From Enterococcus phage VRE9_2, in sequence record PP680568.1: 64,000 nt of DNA; one strand, given 5' to 3'. The notes beneath the pieces are model-generated. The model was not told the DNA's origin. It worked only from the letters and a program-made list of their open reading frames with translations, and did not search any database. The translations under genes were made by a program, and so were the position numbers. Positions 8,943 through 20,900 of this stretch are shown here, piece by piece. Each line of letters starts with the position of its first letter. Positions within the stretch are counted from its first letter, which is position 1.

Positions 8943-10004
8943 ATGAAGATCACTGATATTGGTAAAGCAAATAAAGCAAAAGATAATCATGACCATCGAG
9001 TAGAGAGTGGCTATCAAGTTAAACCTAGTGATCCAGTAGACACAAATACTGCTTGGGATTGTTTAAATAATGCAAGAAAACGCATGGATAATAGCTTAAA
9101 ATTAAATATGCTAGATAAAAGTTTTCAGCAAGCATTAGATTCAGCAGAAGGAACCGAACTATTTACAGTATGGGAGAAAGGTGATACTGACGTTTGGAAG
9201 GTTATACTTAAAAATCAAAAGGATAGTTGGCAACAAGATGTTAAATATATTAATGCTTTAAATGGAATTGGTTTTGAAGTAGGCAATACAGTAACTTGGC
9301 AAAGACTTGGAATTAGATGGTTAATTACATGGCAAGATTATAATATAAATGAATTTTTTAGAGGAGAAATCCAAAAAGCTGAGCATGTGATTAGATGGAA
9401 AAATGAGCATGGGCAAGTTCAACAACAGTGGGCTGTAGTTCAAGGACCCATTGAAACTCGTGCTAAGTATGAACAAACTAGAGGAAATACTATTGTAGGT
9501 CGTCAAAATGATACTGTAGAAATATGGATGGGATCTAATAGTCCTAAAGATGTTAATGACTTAACAAGATATGATAAAATAAATATTAAAGGAAGATGTT
9601 GGAGAATTCAAGTAATTGATGATATCTCTAACCCTAACATTTTACGTTTTACATGTGTCGAAGATTTTAACAATCCAGTGACAGATGATATGGTAGCTTT
9701 AATTCCTAATGGTAAAATTGATTTTGCTCCTAATGAAGAAGAACCTAAAGAAAATAAAATTCGTATTGTTGCACCTGCTAAAATTAAAGAAAAATTAGTT
9801 AGCAGAGTTTATGCAATTAACGAAGAGACATCTGAAAAAATTAAAGGAACATGGGAAATTTCTGGCGCAACCTTTAATAAGGTAGATGAATACGAGGTCG
9901 ATGTAAAAGGAACGAAAATTGGAAATATAATTACTATAATGTTTACAGACGAAGAAGGAAATTCTAATATAGTAACAGCTAAAACAGTATCTATGTTTTC
10001 TTAA
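8943..10004 (+). CDS. Hypothetical virion protein (353 aa), beta-rich
   Basis: Begins 4 nt after the preceding stop, in the structural operon. Confidence 0.3.
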   Translation: MKITDIGKANKAKDNHDHRVESGYQVKPSDPVDTNTAWDCLNNARKRMDNSLKLNMLDKSFQQALDSAEGTELFTVWEKGDTDVWKVILKNQKDSWQQDVKYINALNGIGFEVGNTVTWQRLGIRWLITWQDYNINEFFRGEIQKAEHVIRWKNEHGQVQQQWAVVQGPIETRAKYEQTRGNTIVGRQNDTVEIWMGSNSPKDVNDLTRYDKINIKGRCWRIQVIDDISNPNILRFTCVEDFNNPVTDDMVALIPNGKIDFAPNEEEPKENKIRIVAPAKIKEKLVSRVYAINEETSEKIKGTWEISGATFNKVDEYEVDVKGTKIGNIITIMFTDEEGNSNIVTAKTVSMFS

Positions 10005-10036
10005 TAAAATAATGAGTTAAAGGAGAGAATTTTAAT

Positions 10037-10564
10037 ATGCCTATTTATGATAGCAAAACTAAAAAAGCTACAAAAGATATGTATATAAAAGACAGATTTA
10101 TCACAAGCGGGGATAATCTAAACATTATTGCTAATCGCCTTTTGGATAGTGATAGATTAATTAAATTGCTTACTCGCAATGGTTCAGATGTTTTAACAGA
10201 TGATAGACCTGTAACAGATGAAGAACGAGCCGAAGCTATGAAAACTAATATTGGTGTAATACCAATTATAGATAAAGATATTGAAGTAAATACTTTTATT
10301 GCAGTACAAATTACCGATATTGTGCCTACAACACAAGGATTGGCATATAATTTTGTATTTGATATTTTATGTAATACAGAAGTTTGGAACTTAGATGGAT
10401 ATAATCAACGTCCATATTTAATAATGAATGAATTAGACCAACTTTTTTCAAATACTAAGATGAAATCTTTAGGGCCAGCAACATTCTTAGGAGCAACTAG
10501 CTTGAAAATTAATGAAAAAATGCTTGGTTATACTATGATGTTTTCATTTTCGGAAATACAATAG
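10037..10564 (+). CDS. Hypothetical tail-completion/neck protein
   Basis: RBS AAAGGAGAG. Position upstream of the major tail gene. Confidence 0.3.
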   Translation: MPIYDSKTKKATKDMYIKDRFITSGDNLNIIANRLLDSDRLIKLLTRNGSDVLTDDRPVTDEERAEAMKTNIGVIPIIDKDIEVNTFIAVQITDIVPTTQGLAYNFVFDILCNTEVWNLDGYNQRPYLIMNELDQLFSNTKMKSLGPATFLGATSLKINEKMLGYTMMFSFSEIQ

Positions 10565-10566
10565 TA

Positions 10567-11382
10567 ATGGATATTTTAACAAAAGTTGCTGGCACAGACT
10601 TTTATTTTATACCTTTTGCTACATTAATTCATCAACCAACAATAAAAGAAATAGCTTTATTAGGGGAAAGAACTCTATTTGATGCCTTAGCAATCTTTGC
10701 GGGTTCTTCTCCAGACTATTTTAAAAAACAAGTACTTAAAGGAATACCTGAAGAAGAACGTGGTGCAACAGAAGTTGAATTGAATTATACAATAACATCA
10801 GAATTAGATGTTTTTTATAAATATTGTCTGGGAACCCAAGAAAAAAGAATAATTGAATCTTTTTTATATTTAATTTTTGAATCATTACGAGGTGTAAATT
10901 TTATTCCTATCGGAGAAACAAAAATGTTGCTCCAATTATCTTTTGTAGATATTCTTAGTAAAGAAGAAAATAAAATAAATACTGTTACTCTTGACGCAGA
11001 AAATTTCTTAGAATTAAAAGAAACTATTTCTGATATGTTTACTTATCAATCAGAAGAAGATCAAGAAGCTAAACTAAATCCTGCTGGAGAGATGGCTCAA
11101 AAAATTGCTGATAAAATGGCTGCTGCAGCAGAAAGAAGAGCTAAAATTTATGGAAAAAATAAGGCTAAAAAAGATGAAGAATCTGTGATAGGAACAATGG
11201 CTTCAATTTTAGCTACGAGTGATGGTATACCAATAACAGAGGTCTTAAAATTAACATTTCCACAGGTTCTTATTCAGTTAAATCGAACACAAATGTTCCA
11301 ACAATATCGTACACAAATCACACTTGGGGCTTTTGGAGGTTTAGAATCAGATGATGTAGTAAACTGGCAACAGTCAGTTTAA
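10567..11382 (+). CDS. Hypothetical tail-terminator/neck protein
   Basis: Starts 3 nt after the preceding stop. 271 aa. Confidence 0.3.
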   Translation: MDILTKVAGTDFYFIPFATLIHQPTIKEIALLGERTLFDALAIFAGSSPDYFKKQVLKGIPEEERGATEVELNYTITSELDVFYKYCLGTQEKRIIESFLYLIFESLRGVNFIPIGETKMLLQLSFVDILSKEENKINTVTLDAENFLELKETISDMFTYQSEEDQEAKLNPAGEMAQKIADKMAAAAERRAKIYGKNKAKKDEESVIGTMASILATSDGIPITEVLKLTFPQVLIQLNRTQMFQQYRTQITLGAFGGLESDDVVNWQQSV

Positions 11383-11479
11383 TTTTATTATCAAAACTTT
11401 ATAATACAAGCTTGGTTTTTTCTAGATGTATTAGGGAATATAATTCCAAGAACAACTCATATAAGAGGAGGAAAAACAA

Positions 11480-12514
11480 ATGAATGAAAAATTTGGCGTT
11501 CGAGAAATAGTAGACGTAGTATTTAAAGCTAAAAGTGCTATGACTGTTGGTAACACTAAGTATAAAAAAGGTGAACCAGTTATCTACTTCGACTCAGCTA
11601 AAACTTCAACTTTGGAGTCTACAACTGCTACTGTTTACGCTCAAGGTGGACGTGGTAATGCTCGTTTACTTGCTTGGGAAGGTGACAAAACAGTTACTTT
11701 CAACTTTGAAGAAGCTCTATTATCAACACGTAGTTTCGCATTGTTATCAGGTGGTAATTTAACAGAAAATACTCGTGTGAATATGCACGTTACAGAACGT
11801 GTAGAAGTTACAAAAGCATCTATTCAATTAGGTGAAAAAAGTGCTGCTGAAGTACCAGTACTTGATTTAGCTCCATATCTACCTAAAAATGGACAAATCC
11901 TAAGTGCTGCAGACCCTACTTTAGTAACAGAAGCAGGAAATGCTAAATATCCTGAAGCAGGTATCTATGTAATGGAACTTAATGAACATGGCGAAATTAC
12001 TCGTCGTTTTGATGTTACAGCAGGCGCTTTAAAAACAGCTCCTTCTACACCAGCTCTATCTACTTTAGCTGAATCTGCTAAAGGCGACGATACTGAATTA
12101 GATGTAACTAAAAAATTCTATCTAGCAAGCGCTTATGCTGGAGATGAAGCAACTACAGTTGTTTCAGGTCCAAATGCTTTAGATGAATCTAAAGTTTACT
12201 TAGTTGACTTCTATGTAGCTCAACCAGGTTCAAACTTGACAATTACACCAGGTAAATTTGCAGGAAGCTTCTTAATCGAAGCAACAACATTGTTCCGTCG
12301 TCAAGCTGATAGCCGCGACTTCCCAGCTCAATTTACTATTCCAAATGGTAAAATCAGTTCTAACTTCACATTCACAATGGCATCTACTGGTGATCCAAGT
12401 ACATTCCCATTCCAAGTTGAAGCACAACCTGATTATCTTCCATTTAACAAAAAATGTAAAGCATTGTTTGCATTGGATGTTGCTGAAGAACCAATTGGTG
12501 AAAATGAGTGCTAA
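11480..12514 (+). CDS. Major tail (tube) protein, probably with a C-terminal Ig-like extension
   Basis: 344 aa. RBS AGAGGAGG. Followed by a strong terminator. The next genes are a tail chaperone and the tape measure. C-terminal beta-rich segment. Confidence 0.6.
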   Translation: MNEKFGVREIVDVVFKAKSAMTVGNTKYKKGEPVIYFDSAKTSTLESTTATVYAQGGRGNARLLAWEGDKTVTFNFEEALLSTRSFALLSGGNLTENTRVNMHVTERVEVTKASIQLGEKSAAEVPVLDLAPYLPKNGQILSAADPTLVTEAGNAKYPEAGIYVMELNEHGEITRRFDVTAGALKTAPSTPALSTLAESAKGDDTELDVTKKFYLASAYAGDEATTVVSGPNALDESKVYLVDFYVAQPGSNLTITPGKFAGSFLIEATTLFRRQADSRDFPAQFTIPNGKISSNFTFTMASTGDPSTFPFQVEAQPDYLPFNKKCKALFALDVAEEPIGENEC

Positions 12515-12521
12515 TAATTAT

Positions 12522-12557
12522 AAAAGACCTAGTATTTTTGCTAGGTCTTTTTTTTGT
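12522..12557 (+). terminator. Rho-independent terminator after the major tail gene
   Basis: Stem AAGACCTAG/CTAGGTCTT followed by T8. Confidence 0.65.
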
Positions 12558-12617
12558 AAGTATTTCGTATTTTTTATTATTGATAAAGACATATGAGAAA
12601 AAGGAGAGAAACATACT

Positions 12618-13127
12618 ATGAGTAAAATATCTTTTAGTAAACTTAAATTAAAGGTTGATGATAGTGTCAACACTGTAGACATTGAAGGTGCAGATGGTAC
12701 AATTTATGAGATTGAAGTAAGACAATATCTTCCAATTGAAAACAAAATTAAACTTGTTTCTTATGTAATTGCAAAATCTGCGAATGGTGGCGTTATTCGA
12801 GAAGATATGTTAGATGCCTATCTTGGTGTAGAATTAGTTAAAGAATATACTAATTTTTCTTTTACAGAAAAAATGCTTCAAAATGATGCAGATTTATTTG
12901 ATGTGTTGGAATCTAATGATATTGTAGGCAAAGTACAAGATGCAATGAACCCTGCAGAATTAGAAGACATTATTCGTTATATTAATTCTTATTCAGACCA
13001 AATGCAAAAATCTATTCAATCTTCTGTATCAGGATATACTGCTCAAGAGAAAGCTATTGAAGGCATGGTAGCTAAATTTATGAGTGAAATTGTCAGCAAC
13101 GAATCAGAAACAGTGTCAGATAACTAA
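12618..13127 (+). CDS. Tail assembly chaperone (gpG-like)
   Basis: 169 aa, acidic. Located between the major tail protein and the tape measure. Confidence 0.5.
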   Translation: MSKISFSKLKLKVDDSVNTVDIEGADGTIYEIEVRQYLPIENKIKLVSYVIAKSANGGVIREDMLDAYLGVELVKEYTNFSFTEKMLQNDADLFDVLESNDIVGKVQDAMNPAELEDIIRYINSYSDQMQKSIQSSVSGYTAQEKAIEGMVAKFMSEIVSNESETVSDN

Positions 13128-13164
13128 CATTATACCTTCTTATCACAAGGAGGAATGAGTACGA

Positions 13165-13503
13165 ATGTCTTTATCAGATGTTTTAAATGCGGCTCCTGGT
13201 TTGTCAGATTTAACAATTGGAATAGTTGCTATCCTTTTGGTAGTCTGGTTAGTTGGGAAATTTTTAGATAAACAACAAGAACAAACTATGTTACACAATG
13301 AACAAATGGACAAAACGTTCAAAATTATAGCAAGTTTTACCGAAACATTATCTGAACTAGTCGCACTTATCCGAGAAGGAAATGAAAAGACAGACAACGT
13401 TTCCGATAAAGTTGATGAAATAAATCGTAAGCTAGAACACTTTGAAATTCATGACGAAAAAGAGCATAGCGAGAAAAAACAAGGAGACAGGAACGATAGT
13501 TAA
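13165..13503 (+). CDS. Small membrane-anchored protein
   Basis: N-terminal hydrophobic helix LTIGIVAILLVVWLVGKF followed by a charged coiled-coil. Confidence 0.3.
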   Translation: MSLSDVLNAAPGLSDLTIGIVAILLVVWLVGKFLDKQQEQTMLHNEQMDKTFKIIASFTETLSELVALIREGNEKTDNVSDKVDEINRKLEHFEIHDEKEHSEKKQGDRNDS

Positions 13504-13546
13504 TCTATCTCCTGTCTCTATTTTTATCCCAAAAGGAGGGAAGAGG

Positions 13547-14905
13547 ATGGCCGATAATCTGCCAAAAATACCTTATACGTTACAAAACATACGAGACTTA
13601 AAATTTTATTCTGTATATAATTTACAACCTTTACAACCATACTCTTTAAGAGATTTCAGTTCCGGTGATACAAAGCATAGGATATATCAAAATTATATTA
13701 ATGCTTACGAAGCAGATTTTACTTCCAGGGCAGGAATGAATGCCGAAGAATTTTCTAAAAAAGCTGGTCTTCATAGTAAATTAGTTACAGAAAATACAGA
13801 TTTTATTAAAAATTTTAAAATAGCACAAAATAATTTCAGTATAAATAATACAGAGTTAAACAAATATGTTCAAGATTTATTATCTGGAGATTCTGATAGA
13901 TTACAAAGATTAGCTGGCAAAGAAAAAGAAATTATTAAAGTATTAGAAACTTGGGCTAACTCAGTTCAAGAATATCTTGATGTACTTTCAAGAGTAGATG
14001 ATTTATATTATTTTAGAAATATGGATCAAGCTCAGGTAAAAGGTTCTGTTTCTATGGCAAGTGGAAGAAATATTTCCCAAGCTTTTAGATTAGAACGAAG
14101 TGCTATGACAGCGATGCAAAATGCAGACGCCTTGATAGTAGGTTTAAAACAATCTATTGATAAAGTTAATCAAGAAGGATTATCTGTTAAACAATTATCA
14201 AATATGGTTATCACAACTCCTAGTTATGAAGGAGTTAGAGGACAGGCGCCATCAACAACAAAAACATTGGGAAATTTAAAGACAATGGTTGGTTCATTAA
14301 GTAATTTAATGGGGTTTGCCTTTGAAGCACAATTAGCAAGTGGCTTAGAGCGTCAGGTTAATGAAGCGCTATCAGACATTGCTCTCTTGGGAGGAGCAGA
14401 AGGAGTTTCAGTGACCTTAAGTGATGGACGACCTTTTAAGGTTAAACAAAGTAAAACAGACCTTAGAGCAACTGTTGAAGGAGTTGACTTAGGTTTTTCT
14501 TTAAAGAATTTATCTAAAAATGGTAAAACTAAACGAGTTTCATTAAATACTTCTAATACAAATCAGCTTATTGCTTTAATAAGTAATAATCAAGATTTTC
14601 GATCACAATTAGCTGGGACGTTAATGTGGCGTTCTGATTCTATAAAACGAACTAGTGACCAATTAACAATGTTTTTAGCATCCCTATCTGCAGATTATGC
14701 AATTGCAATGGGAGGGAATGATCGTATTGATTACATGGTTTTTAATGATAAAGTTATTAGCTTAGGAGAATATTATTCAATTATGGAGAAAAGACTATCT
14801 CTTAAAATTCATCCTAGCGCTAGTCAAGGTTCTTATCAAAATCAACTTAGAGAGTTGAGAGAGCGGGAAATATTAGCTAATATGCCTGTTAAATTTACAA
14901 CATAA
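13547..14905 (+). CDS. Hypothetical 453-aa protein between the tail chaperone and the tape measure
   Basis: Probable start is the ATG at 13547 (MADNLPK) after AAAAGGAGGG. The ORF tracker's longer ORF from 13442 lacks an RBS. Confidence 0.4.
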   Translation: MADNLPKIPYTLQNIRDLKFYSVYNLQPLQPYSLRDFSSGDTKHRIYQNYINAYEADFTSRAGMNAEEFSKKAGLHSKLVTENTDFIKNFKIAQNNFSINNTELNKYVQDLLSGDSDRLQRLAGKEKEIIKVLETWANSVQEYLDVLSRVDDLYYFRNMDQAQVKGSVSMASGRNISQAFRLERSAMTAMQNADALIVGLKQSIDKVNQEGLSVKQLSNMVITTPSYEGVRGQAPSTTKTLGNLKTMVGSLSNLMGFAFEAQLASGLERQVNEALSDIALLGGAEGVSVTLSDGRPFKVKQSKTDLRATVEGVDLGFSLKNLSKNGKTKRVSLNTSNTNQLIALISNNQDFRSQLAGTLMWRSDSIKRTSDQLTMFLASLSADYAIAMGGNDRIDYMVFNDKVISLGEYYSIMEKRLSLKIHPSASQGSYQNQLRELREREILANMPVKFTT

Positions 14906-14928
14906 GAGAGCAAAAGGAGAGGAATTAA

Positions 14929-17900
14929 ATGGCAAATAATGTAGACGTTGGTTTAAAGTTTAAAACTACCTACGAAGGTCTTGATGCTGGTAAACAAGAC
15001 CTAAAAGAGCTAAAAAATTTAATGGACTCCATTGGTAAAGATGGAGTTAAACTTAATTTAAAAGATGGAGAAATTGAACAAGCCAAATTACAAATTTCAG
15101 CGTTGGAGCGCTCAATTAGAGAAGCTGAACAAAGTGGTGGAGATTTTGGTAGAATTTTCCAGTCTAATTTAAATGCAGTACAAAATGAAGCTAAGCAAAC
15201 TGCAACTAGTGTTTCAAAGGTAGAGAAAGAAATTAAATCTTTAAATCAAACATCTAATAATGGTGGAGGATTTAAATCTATCTCTAATGCTGCTCGCTTA
15301 GCAACAAAAGAAATTCAAGGAACAACAGGTCAAATTGACCAGCTACGAGTGAATTTACAACAAGGTATGGGACAAACTATTGCTTTTGGTGCTATTGGGG
15401 CTGTGACAGGCGCAGTAACTGATGCTTTAAATGTAACAAAACAATTAGATGAAATTTCAACAGATATTAGTATCGTTTCTGGTAAAACTAGAAAAGAGAT
15501 GGAAGGATATCGTGATGCTGCTGTAGATGCTGCTGATGCTTTGGGAACTACAACAAAAGATTATTTGGATGCTTCTTTAATCTTTGAACAACAAGGTGGT
15601 CAAGCAGCTTATTATGCAAAAGAATTGGCAGAAGCTACTGTAACAGCCGCTAATATTTCTAACGTAGCAACAGATCAAATGTCTGAATATCTTACAGCTA
15701 CAATTAATGGTTTCCAACTATTAAAAGAAAAAGGTGGAGAAGCTGGTACTTATATTACTGATGTAATGGCTAAATTAGGAGCTGCATCTGGTTCTGACTT
15801 AGCGGAAATTGCTACAGGTTTAACACGTACTGCTAATACAGCAAAAGACGTTGGATTCCAATTTGAAGAAATAGCAACAATGATTGCTACTGTTTCTGAA
15901 GTAACTCGTCGCACACCAGAAACAATTGGTAATGCGTTTAAATCAATGCTTACTTCATTTACTCAATTGCGTGAAGCTGGTGAAGAGGAAGTAGAGGCTT
16001 TCACAAATAAAGTTCAAGAAGCCTTTAAACTTGGTGGAATTGAAGATATTTCTTTATTTGATAATGGGAATTTAAGAGATGCTGCAGATATCTTTAAAGA
16101 TATTGCTGCTCGCTGGCAAACAATGAATAAAGAACAACAATCTTTAGTTTCTGAAGCTGTTGCTGGTAAGTATCAAGCAGAAACATTCCGTGCATTTATG
16201 AACAACCAAGAGCGATACAATCAATTACTTGGGGAAGCTTATGATTCTGCTGGAACATCGGCGCAACAACAATTAGTATATATGGACTCTTTAAAAGCTA
16301 AAGGAGAACAACTTCAAAATGCTTGGCAAGGCGCTGTAAATACAGTTGTTGACTCAGATATGTTCAAGGGTGTTTTGGAAGATGCTACTAATTTCTTAAA
16401 AATTATTGGTGACGCAAAAAGTGGACTTGGTGGTTTAGCTACAGCAATTGCTCCTATTGTTGGTATTGGCGGACAAATGTTTGGCGCTAACCAAATTGGA
16501 GAATTATATTCTAATAATAGACTAAATAAACAAGCCAAAGAAATTACAGCAAGTTTAGAAAAATTAAAGGTTGCTCAAGAGGGTAATTTAACGGCTCTAC
16601 AAGAAGAGTATAAATCAGCAGCCCAAGTAAATCAAATTATGTCTACTCTTGGACCAGAAGCTGCTAAGAATTACGAAGAAGTAACTAAAGAGATTACTAA
16701 ACTTGATGAAAAATTAAAAGATATTCCTAAAAGTGCAGAAGAGGTAAAAGCTAAAACTGAAGAAGCTGCAAAATCCCTTACTTTAAATGGTTATTATAAA
16801 GGCGTAGATGAAAAAAATGTTACTAGAGCGGCTAAAGGTTTAGAAAATGAAAAAGACCCCCGTATTTTAAGTAATATTAATGAACTTAATAAAGCTAAGG
16901 AAGCCTTACAAAAAGCAGAACAGGTATCTCTTGACCAACTTTCTACTTTAGAAGGGAAAGTTACATTATTAGATAAAAGAGCATCAAGTTCAATTAAAAA
17001 ATTACAAGAAGAACTTGTTATTTGGGAAGATGATTATAGAGGAGCCCTTTATGAGAATAAAGCTTTGGCAGATAAATTCTCTGCGGATATTGACAAAGTT
17101 AGAGAAGGAATAGACCAACAATATGATAGCTATTCTGGATTATTGAAAGTTCGTAAAGAGGCTAAAGTAATCGAAGATCAAATTAGAGATAGTATGAAAT
17201 CACAAGAGTATGAAGCTCTTGATAATGTTTCTAAGGCTCAAAAAGAACTTGAAAATAAAGCTAAAAAAGTAGTATTAGAAGAACAATATACTAATGAAAT
17301 GAAAGAACAAAATAAAATTATTGCTGATAGAACGGTTTTAGAAAATAAAGCTCAAAGTACTGCTCAAATTGCAAAACGAACGGAATTAATTCAAAAAGGC
17401 GTTAGAGGAATGAGTTTAGCTTATAGCACAATAGTTCCTATTATAGCTACTTATAATTCTGTTCAAGAAAAAAGTATTAGTAAACAAGATGGTGTAATTG
17501 CAGGTTTACAAACTACTTCTGCAATGTTGATGGCATCTATGAATCCGTGGGGTATGGCTGCAGGAGCTGCTGCCGGAGCATTTTCATTAATAGTTGATAA
17601 ATTTGATTTATTCAAATCTCGTGGAGAAAAAGCAAAAGAAGTTAATGAACAATTAACTAAAACTTTTATGTCTCTTCAAGAAACAGTTAATGGAAATATT
17701 TCTAACCTAAATGATATTGCAGATACCTATAAACGTTTTGAGGGTGTTAATGCTGAAGCATTTATTAATAATGCCCCAGATCCAAGTGACACAGAAGCTT
17801 TTGAAAAGTATAATAAAAATCTAGAAGACTATGATAATTTAGCTGGTAAAATTGCTCAAACAAATCCAGAATTAGTCAAAGGTTATGATGATACTGGTAG

Positions 17901-20900
17901 AGCAATTATAGACTTATCTAAAGATTTTGAAACTTTAATGGAACAGCAAAAGACTGCCAGAACCGATAATTATCAAATGCTTTCTGCGAACAGAAATTCA
18001 TTCATTGTGCAACAAGTATCTGATTTACAAAATGCTAAATCTAGCATGAATGATTATTCTGTTGAAGTAGCTAAACTTACCAAAGAACTTGAAAAAGCTA
18101 AAAAACAAGGCAAAGGTGAAAAAGTAGATGATATTCTAAAAGATTTAACTAATGCTCAAAATAAAATCTCAGAAGTACAAAAAACTTTCAATGAAACTAA
18201 AGCTAATATTCAAAGTAGTATTGTAGTACCGTTTAATGAAGCAAATGATGAATTTAATAAATTGGTTGATAAAACTCCTGAATTAAAAGAAGCATTTGAA
18301 ACTTTTTCTGATACTTATATGAACTCTAATTTCTTGGCAGGAATGGCATCTGAGAATGATGAAGAAGGAATGAAAAATCTTGTCCAAAATATGAGTCTTA
18401 TTAAGGATAAATTTACTGAAATTGCTCAACAAGACCCTGGAAAGGCTCAAGAATTCTTAGATAAGATTGCTAAATCTAGTGAATGGGCTAAATTAGCTTT
18501 ATACGATGTTCAAGGGAATATTGAAACTCTACAAGAAAAAATGGCAGAAGCTGCAGATCCAATTACAGATGGTGCGCAATCTAGAGCATTAAGTTTTGTA
18601 GATAAAGTAATTCCTGAAAAAGATGTTGAAAAAGCTCAAAAACGTATTGGAGAGCTTGCTTCAGATCTTGAAGAAAAAGTTGAAGACGCTAATAAAATGA
18701 GGTTTGATTTTTCTAAGGCAGAAGGCGCTGACTTTACTGGTGATAGAAAAGAAATCGAAAACATTAATGATAAAATTGAAGATTATGATAAACTTCAAGA
18801 TGTTATGTCTGATGTTTCTGAAGAGTATTCTAGAACATCTAGAACAGTCGAAGGTTTTAATGAAAACTTAGGTCATGTTGGAGATATAGATGCTGCAATG
18901 CAAGCATTGGATCAACTTCAAAAGAATGGTTTGGATGATAACCAATTAGAAGTATTAAAACAAAAATTCCCAGAATTAGAAAAATCTATGAGGGAATCTG
19001 CTGAGAAAGGTACAGAAGCCTTTAAACAAAATGCTTCAAATTTATATGATATTTTGTCAGAGGAACATGAAGCCGCTATAACTGGTATGGTCATGAATAA
19101 TGAGCAGTTTTATGGAGTATGGATGCAAAATAATTCTAAGACAATTAATAAAATTGCTGAAGATTATGGCATTGATGCAGCTAACTACCAAACGTTGGCT
19201 GAATATAAAAATGCTCTACAGTCATTAAGTCTTGAAAACTTACAAGTTATTGCAGGACAAGAAGTAGAAACGAATAATAAGAAAAATAAAGAAATTTTAG
19301 CTGGCGAAGCAGTTCATGTAAGTAACATGATTTCTTTAACCGACATCTGGTCTAATTCAAATCTTACTTACACTCAAAAACTTGTAGCTTCATTTTTAAA
19401 TGCTTATGACGATATGGCTAATGGACTAGGGAACGCTTTAAGTTACATGGAGCAGCTCCTAAAAGGATGGTTAAATACAGCTCATAAAGCATTAGGTGAT
19501 TTTTTTGGAGGTATGATAAAAAAACTTCCAAAAGGAATGAGGGACGCTCTTGGTCTTGATGAGATAGACAAATGGGGCGAAGGTGGAGTTTCTGAAAGCT
19601 TCTTTAAAAAATTAGACCCCTCAACTTTAGCAAAAGATTATGTAGACAAAAAGAATCAAGAAGCCCAAAAAGAACAAGAGAAAAAAGATTCTTTAATTCA
19701 ACAAATTCTTGAAGGTAAATTCAAAAATAAGAACGGTCTCTCAAATGAAGACTTGATGAAAAAGTTAAACCTTGATAAACCACAATCATTAGAAGGTATG
19801 AATGCTATTCCTAGAGACGCAGAGAATAAAGACGTTGAAAAAGATGGTAAAATTGAAAAGAAAGATAAAGACAGTAAAAAAGATGTTGACAATCTAGAAT
19901 TAGAATTAGATAGATATTATAAATTAGACCATATCTTAAGTGAAATTGAAAAACGTTATTCTGAGTTATCTGATGCTAAAGATGCTGCTTATGGTAATGA
20001 TAGATTAAATATCATGAAGCAAGAAGAGCAATTATTAGCTCAAAAAGCGGGAGTATTAAAACAATATACCGCTGAATTAAATAAAGAACAAGACGAGTTA
20101 AGGAATAAACTTGCTTCTCAAGGATTTACATTTACAGCCAATGGAGATATTGATAATTTAAATCAAAAATTAACCGATTTGCAAAATGCCGCAAATTCCA
20201 AAACTGGAGACGCTAAAGAAGATGCAATTGACGCTGTTAAGAAAATCCAAGAAGAAGCTTCTCGTTACCAAGATATTACGTTTAATTTAATTCCAGATAA
20301 ACAAAAAACATTAAATGAAATTAAAAAACAACTTTCTGAAATTGCTAGAGAAAGAATTGAATACACTGTCAAACTTAGAGTTGACAAAGATGAATTCAAA
20401 TCTGATGTCCTAGATGTTATTAAAGAAATGCAAGATTCTTATGCAGACCTTGATGAAAAAGCTCAAATTGTCGGCAAAGAGATGAAACAAGCTTTAGATA
20501 ATGTTTCTTATTGGCAGTCTATGATGAATCAAGTTAGAAACGATCGTGGTTTAACAGATTCTGATAGACAAGATTTATTACAGGAATATAATAAAAACTT
20601 ACTCGATGCAGTTTCAAAAGCAAGAAGTGGCTACAAAGAATTATTAGAAGTACAAGCTGATTTTGTTAAACAATCAGTTGAAGCTATTAATAAGGTCAAC
20701 GATAGATATGATAATTTATTTGAAAAAGCTGGACAATTAGCAGCTAAAACAGAAGAGTTATATGGCACAAAAGCTTATGGTAAAATTGTTGGTTATTTCG
20801 ATACCCAAGAGAAGGCGATTAATGGTCAAGTTAAAAACCTTCAGGAAGCCCAACGTAGAATGATTAAATATCGAAATTCTGTTAAACAAGGATCAGATGC

